A DNA stretch of 15,947 nucleotides from a virus, in IMG/VR virus record IMGVR_UViG_3300045988_112536, positions 1-15,947 of that record, one strand, 5' to 3'. The position numbers and the translations under genes are program-made. Positions within the stretch are counted from its first letter, which is position 1. Each line of letters begins with the position of its first letter. The notes under the pieces were generated by a model. That model worked only from the letters and a program-made list of their open reading frames with translations. It ran no database searches and was not told where the DNA came from. Positions 11,946-15,947 of this stretch are shown here, in pieces.

Positions 11946-14093
11946 TTATTCGCAATTATCTATAAAATTTTTTCCTATGATTTCTGAATACTCGTCTGTA
12001 ATGCCTAAAGTGTAAGTTGTATCTACTATAGCTATATTTGACGCTGTTGTAAATGTTGATTCTTTACCTAGATAATCTGTTATTGTTATCGAATGTATGT
12101 TCGATTCATTAAAATAAGACACGGTGCGTCCAGAATCAGTAAATAACTTTCCAATTTTAAAATCATAAATACCATTTCCGCGCTCTAACTCTGCCGCACC
12201 TTTTTGCTTTGATAAGCCGGACACAGTAACATGTAACTTGTTATCTTTGCTATCTATGTATGCGTACTTTTTTGCACCTAGCGTCTTAAATTTTTTATAA
12301 TTACCGTCGTCATCCCATATCCCTAAATAAAAACGCGTTGCAGTGCCATCCTCATTTTGACGGTCTGCATAATTGCGATAACGTTGTTTTTTTGCTAATA
12401 AGTAATCATTGCGGTCTTTAAAGATTTGTAAATGCTGTTTGCCTATAAATTTTACACTATCAGTATCTGCATAAACAAAATCCCACCCAACAGCATCTAT
12501 CATCTTTTGCAACTCCCACCGTGCATTAGCAGTAATATATACCCCCCATTGATAAAGCAAAAATGAATTTTTTGATGTAGAATACTGTGCTATTGATTCT
12601 ATTAAATCCGGTGTAACTTTAGACCATTCGCCATTATCGTAAACTATTTCATCGTGACATATGTCTGTAACCATTGTACCAAAAACAGAATTTAAGCTGT
12701 TTTTACTTTTCATATACTCATATTCTTTTCCTTTTATGTCCTTAAGCTGTGTTTTTTTGTCGTAAAACTCTAACATAGTGCTTACTATTGGCGCGGGCAA
12801 ATAATCTTTTTTCGCCATGTAACCGCATATCCACTCTATACCATCAAAATGATATTGATTGCATATAATGATAAAGTCTAGTTCCGTGCAAGCATAGGTT
12901 ACCCATTCAGCAGATAACACGCGCCCGTTGTCGTTTATATACTCTTTACTAAATGATACACAATGCGCAAAGTCTATATATGGCACTGTAACATCGTCAT
13001 GTACTGTTATAGACTTGAGTGTTACTTGCATAATGATAGCGTTTTGTTTTTTGTTACAATCAGATAATAGTTGTGTAAAGTTTTTTGGTATATACTCTAT
13101 AAACGGTGTCATAGGGTATAAATCTGAACATATACATGATGGATAACTTGACACTCTATCCATACTGTAAACGTTGTCTATGATTGCGTCTGCATAATAT
13201 CTGCTAGCATGTGTATTTCCTCCGCGAAAAGCTTTTCGCAATAGTGTATATACTTCAGGCGTAGGCATTAGACTTTCGAATAATTCTCTGTAATTTCCGT
13301 CCGCTCTGCAAGCTTTGCGCATTTCACGACGAACATATCCGGTCGATGTTAGCGGTATTGTTGCTAATGTGTCATTATAATCATCCATTTTTGACAGTAT
13401 GCATTCTTCAAGTCCTTTTACATCGTTATAATCATATGCTAACTCTGTTCCTGTTTGTGGTGTGTCTGGTGTCCGTACTTTTTTATAATCATATGTGTCT
13501 ACTAATTTTCGATGAATACAAAATTTTGAATTTTCGCAAAACTTTGATAAACTCATATTCGATAAAAAATATGAACATCTAAACTCAAAATGAGGGAATG
13601 TTTCACGTGAAACATCTAGCCTATTTACTGTTTTTAGATAATCAGATTTTAAACAAGCATTGAATTTTATGACCTTATGGGATTCTCGTGCAAAAAGTGA
13701 TACTATATAAAAAAAATCCTTTACAAACATAAATTCATAAGCTAAATTATGGACATAAATGACTAATTGTTTTGATGCTGATAATTCCAAGTATTCTCCT
13801 AGTTTACGTAGAAACTTAGTAAATTCTTCCCACCGTGTTCCAAAACAAACATTTCCTTTGTAACAAAACTGCCAATGGTACATAAATGCATAAGGTTTTT
13901 CGCTGTTTATTGTTGTAGTTTCTATATCAAATGTTGCAGGGCTATCTATATAAGCAATAGCCCTTTTTCCTTTTTTTCTGACTGTAGTATAATTCCAATT
14001 TATTGCGTTATATGGATAATCGTATACTGTGTAAACTGTTTCATTTTTTGTATATTCTTTCCCTTTTTCCGTGTAAAATGTTTGTACTACCAT
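11946..14093 (-). CDS. Protein-primed family-B DNA polymerase, 715 aa
   Basis: Exo I is FDIETTT, Exo II is HNLAYEF and Exo III is YDYNDVKG. Motif A is MDRVSSYPS (DxxSLYPS), motif B is KSKNSLNSVFG (Kx3NSxYG), motif C is YADTDS and KxY is GAKKYAY. Genome ITRs fit protein priming. Confidence 0.95.
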   Translation of the reverse strand: MVVQTFYTEKGKEYTKNETVYTVYDYPYNAINWNYTTVRKKGKRAIAYIDSPATFDIETTTINSEKPYAFMYHWQFCYKGNVCFGTRWEEFTKFLRKLGEYLELSASKQLVIYVHNLAYEFMFVKDFFYIVSLFARESHKVIKFNACLKSDYLKTVNRLDVSRETFPHFEFRCSYFLSNMSLSKFCENSKFCIHRKLVDTYDYKKVRTPDTPQTGTELAYDYNDVKGLEECILSKMDDYNDTLATIPLTSTGYVRREMRKACRADGNYRELFESLMPTPEVYTLLRKAFRGGNTHASRYYADAIIDNVYSMDRVSSYPSCICSDLYPMTPFIEYIPKNFTQLLSDCNKKQNAIIMQVTLKSITVHDDVTVPYIDFAHCVSFSKEYINDNGRVLSAEWVTYACTELDFIIICNQYHFDGIEWICGYMAKKDYLPAPIVSTMLEFYDKKTQLKDIKGKEYEYMKSKNSLNSVFGTMVTDICHDEIVYDNGEWSKVTPDLIESIAQYSTSKNSFLLYQWGVYITANARWELQKMIDAVGWDFVYADTDSVKFIGKQHLQIFKDRNDYLLAKKQRYRNYADRQNEDGTATRFYLGIWDDDGNYKKFKTLGAKKYAYIDSKDNKLHVTVSGLSKQKGAAELERGNGIYDFKIGKLFTDSGRTVSYFNESNIHSITITDYLGKESTFTTASNIAIVDTTYTLGITDEYSEIIGKNFIDNCE
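13598..13615. repeat. Palindrome copy 4 (ATGTTTCACGTGAAACAT, perfect 18-mer) inside the polymerase ORF
   Basis: It is identical to copy 3. It lies in-frame within the polymerase, encoding DVSRETF, between the Exo II and Exo III motifs. Confidence 0.9.
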
Positions 14094-14584
14094 AGGCTTC
14101 TACCTTTTATATATGTATGCATTGCAGAGCTATATTCTTGCAGTTCTAACTTTATTTCGTTTGCTGACTTTCCCTCTTTATATAGTAAATCATATATTTC
14201 TATTATATCTTCTGACGGATTGCGCATTTTTAAGCTTTTGTACTCTTGAGAGTGTAAAAAAGCGTAAAAATCTTGATCGTTTAACAATTCTTCTGATACT
14301 CCTAAGTTTCTAAGCGCTTGTGTTCGCTCTTGCCTTATCTCTCTTATCCCTGTCAATGTGTGACTTCTTGCCGTTACAAATCGTACAAGCTTCAAGTAAG
14401 CGCGCTGATTGTACTTATCTGAATTCCATTCATCCCTTTTACCTAAGACATTCAGTACACTTTCTTTCTTATATCCAGCTTTTATGATGCGATCTCTTTG
14501 TTTGTTAGCAAGCGGCGCTAACTTTTTGTACATGTTGCGCCGCTCTTTTCCGCGCAAGGATAAAAGATAATCTTTATTATACAT
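14087..14584 (-). CDS. Candidate terminal protein (basic protein translationally coupled to the polymerase), 165 aa from ATG 14584
   Basis: It sits immediately upstream of the polymerase, as phi29 gene 3 does. Its stop codon overlaps the polymerase ATG (ATGGTAG, 7-nt overlap), and its ATG overlaps the upstream stop codon (ATGTATAA). It is K/R-rich. I see no sequence similarity to phi29 TP. The ORF-track start at 14605 is a TTG. Confidence 0.4.
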   Translation of the reverse strand: MYNKDYLLSLRGKERRNMYKKLAPLANKQRDRIIKAGYKKESVLNVLGKRDEWNSDKYNQRAYLKLVRFVTARSHTLTGIREIRQERTQALRNLGVSEELLNDQDFYAFLHSQEYKSLKMRNPSEDIIEIYDLLYKEGKSANEIKLELQEYSSAMHTYIKGRSLW

Positions 14585-14837
14585 TACGTAAATGCTCGGA
14601 AGCAAACGCCCAAGCTATGCGTTCATCAATAATTTTTAAAACCCCGTCTAAGTCAAAATCGTAACACTCAATAACTACGGTCACTAATTTTACCGTTTTG
14701 TAATTAACGCAAACGGCAAATGTTAAACCTATAGACCCGTCATCATAAGGGCAAGCACTGTCTAGCAATACATTTTCCCATTTCGTGCGCACTCTATAAG
14801 CAATAGCTTTTTCCTTATACTCTTGTAATTTTGTCAT
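14577..14837 (-). CDS. Hypothetical early protein, 86 aa
   Basis: ATG 14837 is preceded by GGAGGG directly after the amidase stop codon. Confidence 0.75.
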   Translation of the reverse strand: MTKLQEYKEKAIAYRVRTKWENVLLDSACPYDDGSIGLTFAVCVNYKTVKLVTVVIECYDFDLDGVLKIIDERIAWAFASEHLRNV

Positions 14838-14839
14838 GA

Positions 14840-15562
14840 TTATCCCTCCGTTATAATAGCTTTAAATCCGGCACTTTCAAGCGCTATTAACAAATTATGT
14901 GCATTTTCGATATTGTGAAAAGCTCCTTTTTGATCTAGCACAGATACACGATAGATCTTAGATTCATCAATCTTTTCGCTTGACACGTCCAATTCATCAT
15001 TCTTAGCTTCCGCATCTGCTGGCGGTTCGCATATGCACCTTGTTCCTGTGATGCCGTAAACGATTGCCGCCGCCATTTCATGCGGATTGTAAAAAGCAAT
15101 GTCTTTCTTCGAATTGACAAAACAACATTCAATTAACATTGCGGGCGCTTTTGTCCGGCGTAAAAATCCTAGCTTCTTGTTGGTTTTTATGCCCCTGTTC
15201 TTAAACCCCAACGAACAAATCGCATTAAGCACATTGTCAGCGTAAACACTTGCTTTCGAGTCCTTGTCATAAATATATACCTCTGTTCCATTAGCCTCTG
15301 AATTTGCGGCAGAATTAAAGTGGATTGAAATATCTAAATCAACTTTGTGTTCGTTGCATTTATTGATAATACGGGTTAAAACATTAGTTTGAGATGTTCC
15401 GTCTTCCACCGTGCAATCATAGACTGTGTGTCCCATTCTGTTCAACTCGTCAACCACAAGTTCTTTTACACGCCTATTCTCAAGAGATTCAGAGATAAGC
15501 CCTACAGCACCGCAAGCTACTTTTCCGTGCGGGTTATGACCCGCGTGTACATTGATTACCAT
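14840..15562 (-). CDS. N-acetylmuramoyl-L-alanine amidase (Amidase_3 type) with a short SPOR-like C-terminal segment, 240 aa
   Basis: The Amidase_3 pattern is present: VHAGHNP..GAVG..E, DLDISIHFNS, GTEVYIY, NRGIK and PAMLIECCFVNSKKD. The C-terminus YRVSVLDQKGAFHNIENAHNLLIALESAGFKAIIT resembles one half of a SPOR repeat. ATG 15562 is preceded by AAGAGAGGAAA. Confidence 0.85.
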   Translation of the reverse strand: MVINVHAGHNPHGKVACGAVGLISESLENRRVKELVVDELNRMGHTVYDCTVEDGTSQTNVLTRIINKCNEHKVDLDISIHFNSAANSEANGTEVYIYDKDSKASVYADNVLNAICSLGFKNRGIKTNKKLGFLRRTKAPAMLIECCFVNSKKDIAFYNPHEMAAAIVYGITGTRCICEPPADAEAKNDELDVSSEKIDESKIYRVSVLDQKGAFHNIENAHNLLIALESAGFKAIITEG

Positions 15563-15605
15563 TTTATTTCCTCTCTTTCTGATAAACTATTCCTATCTAT
15601 AATCC

Positions 15606-15634
15606 ATTTTAAACCTACTATATAAAATTGTCAA
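15606..15634 (-). promoter_or_regulatory. Sigma-A-type promoter (TTGACA-17-TAAAAT), the rightmost promoter of the genome
   Basis: On the minus strand, -35 is at 15634-15629 and -10 at 15611-15606, 22 nt inside the right ITR boundary and 44 nt upstream of the amidase ATG. Confidence 0.75.
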
Positions 15635-15656
15635 CCAGAACTTTTGTTCATGTATG

Positions 15657-15947
15657 AGTTATCCACATCGAACAAGTGTTCGTGCTAGACGGACTAATGG
15701 TGTCCGTCTACCGCGGACACTGTTTTTTCGTGTTGTGTGAACAACTTTGAAAACTCGTTGAATTGTCTGAAAACTTAAAAATCAATATGCATTATGCACA
15801 AAGATTTAGTCGATCTTTGTGCATTTTTGTTATTGACAAATTGGAATAGATCAACTTTTAGGTAGCGAATTTAACATCTGATTTATCGAACGTATGTTTG
15901 TCTTTTTGGGGAAAACAGTGTCCGCGCTACACGGACTATGTAACTTT
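15657..15947. repeat. Right inverted terminal repeat
   Basis: It is the exact reverse complement of 1-291. It carries mirror copies of the terminator hairpin (15794-15833, facing outward) and of the ITR repeat motifs. Confidence 0.95.

Noticed and set aside
668-15625. All plus-strand ORFs in the track: 668-940, 1153-1527, 1699-2064, 2543-2998, 4964-5239, 5014-5196, 5193-5501, 5804-6004, 6429-6749, 7054-7236, 7654-7854, 8752-8964, 9952-10191, 11605-11811, 11607-11798, 12928-13146, 13346-13582, 13875-14249, 14113-14313 and 15389-15625
   Set aside because: Each is antisense to a well-supported minus-strand gene, lacks an SD, and has low-complexity composition rich in F/L/I/C, typical of antisense frames in AT-rich DNA. 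No plus-strand promoter was found.
15834-15866. TTGACA-17-TTTTAG promoter-like sequence in the ITR pointing outward (mirror copy on the minus strand near 82-114)
   Set aside because: The -10 element is poor. It would transcribe only ~80 nt into the genome end and it directly follows the terminator hairpin. It is probably fortuitous.
1-15947. CRISPR array, integrase, repressor, transposase or other mobile or lysogeny functions
   Set aside because: No regularly spaced direct repeats with unique spacers are present. No ORF shows recombinase or HTH-repressor hallmarks that I can recognise. The repeats present are ITRs, palindromes and one in-gene tandem duplication.

Overview
The window appears to be a complete 15,947-bp linear dsDNA phage genome of the phi29-like, protein-primed podovirus type. 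It is bounded by perfect 291-bp inverted terminal repeats (1-291 = reverse complement of 15657-15947) and starts AAAGT. It encodes a family-B protein-primed DNA polymerase with all Exo and Pol motifs. It also has a phi29-syntenic morphogenesis block: scaffold, major capsid with Ig-like C-terminus, tail knob, connector, lower collar, then two fibre-like proteins. In addition there is a gp16-like packaging ATPase, a holin and two peptidoglycan hydrolases. Every convincing gene is on the minus strand, so transcription runs from the right end to the left end. It starts at sigma-A-type promoters and ends at a rho-independent terminator inside the left ITR. SD sequences (GGAGG-like), sigma-A promoters, the holin type and AT-rich composition point to a Firmicutes host. 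No integrase or repressor is visible, so the phage is probably virulent. Unexplained features: (1) an 18-nt palindrome ATGTTTCACGTGAAACAT present four times, once inside the polymerase ORF; (2) a 339-bp GC-rich, highly structured noncoding region (9411-9749) whose hairpins are only wobble-compatible on the transcribed strand, a candidate packaging RNA or other ncRNA; (3) a triple repeat motif inside each ITR; (4) a tRNA-Gln(UUG)-like gene with a non-canonical T/variable region inside the operon; (5) paralogous promoter-leader cassettes; (6) a small ORF split at an A7 tract; (7) a Trp-heptad fibre shaft with a perfect 42-bp duplication. All functional calls rest on reading the translations and remembered phi29 protein motifs. 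No database search was possible.
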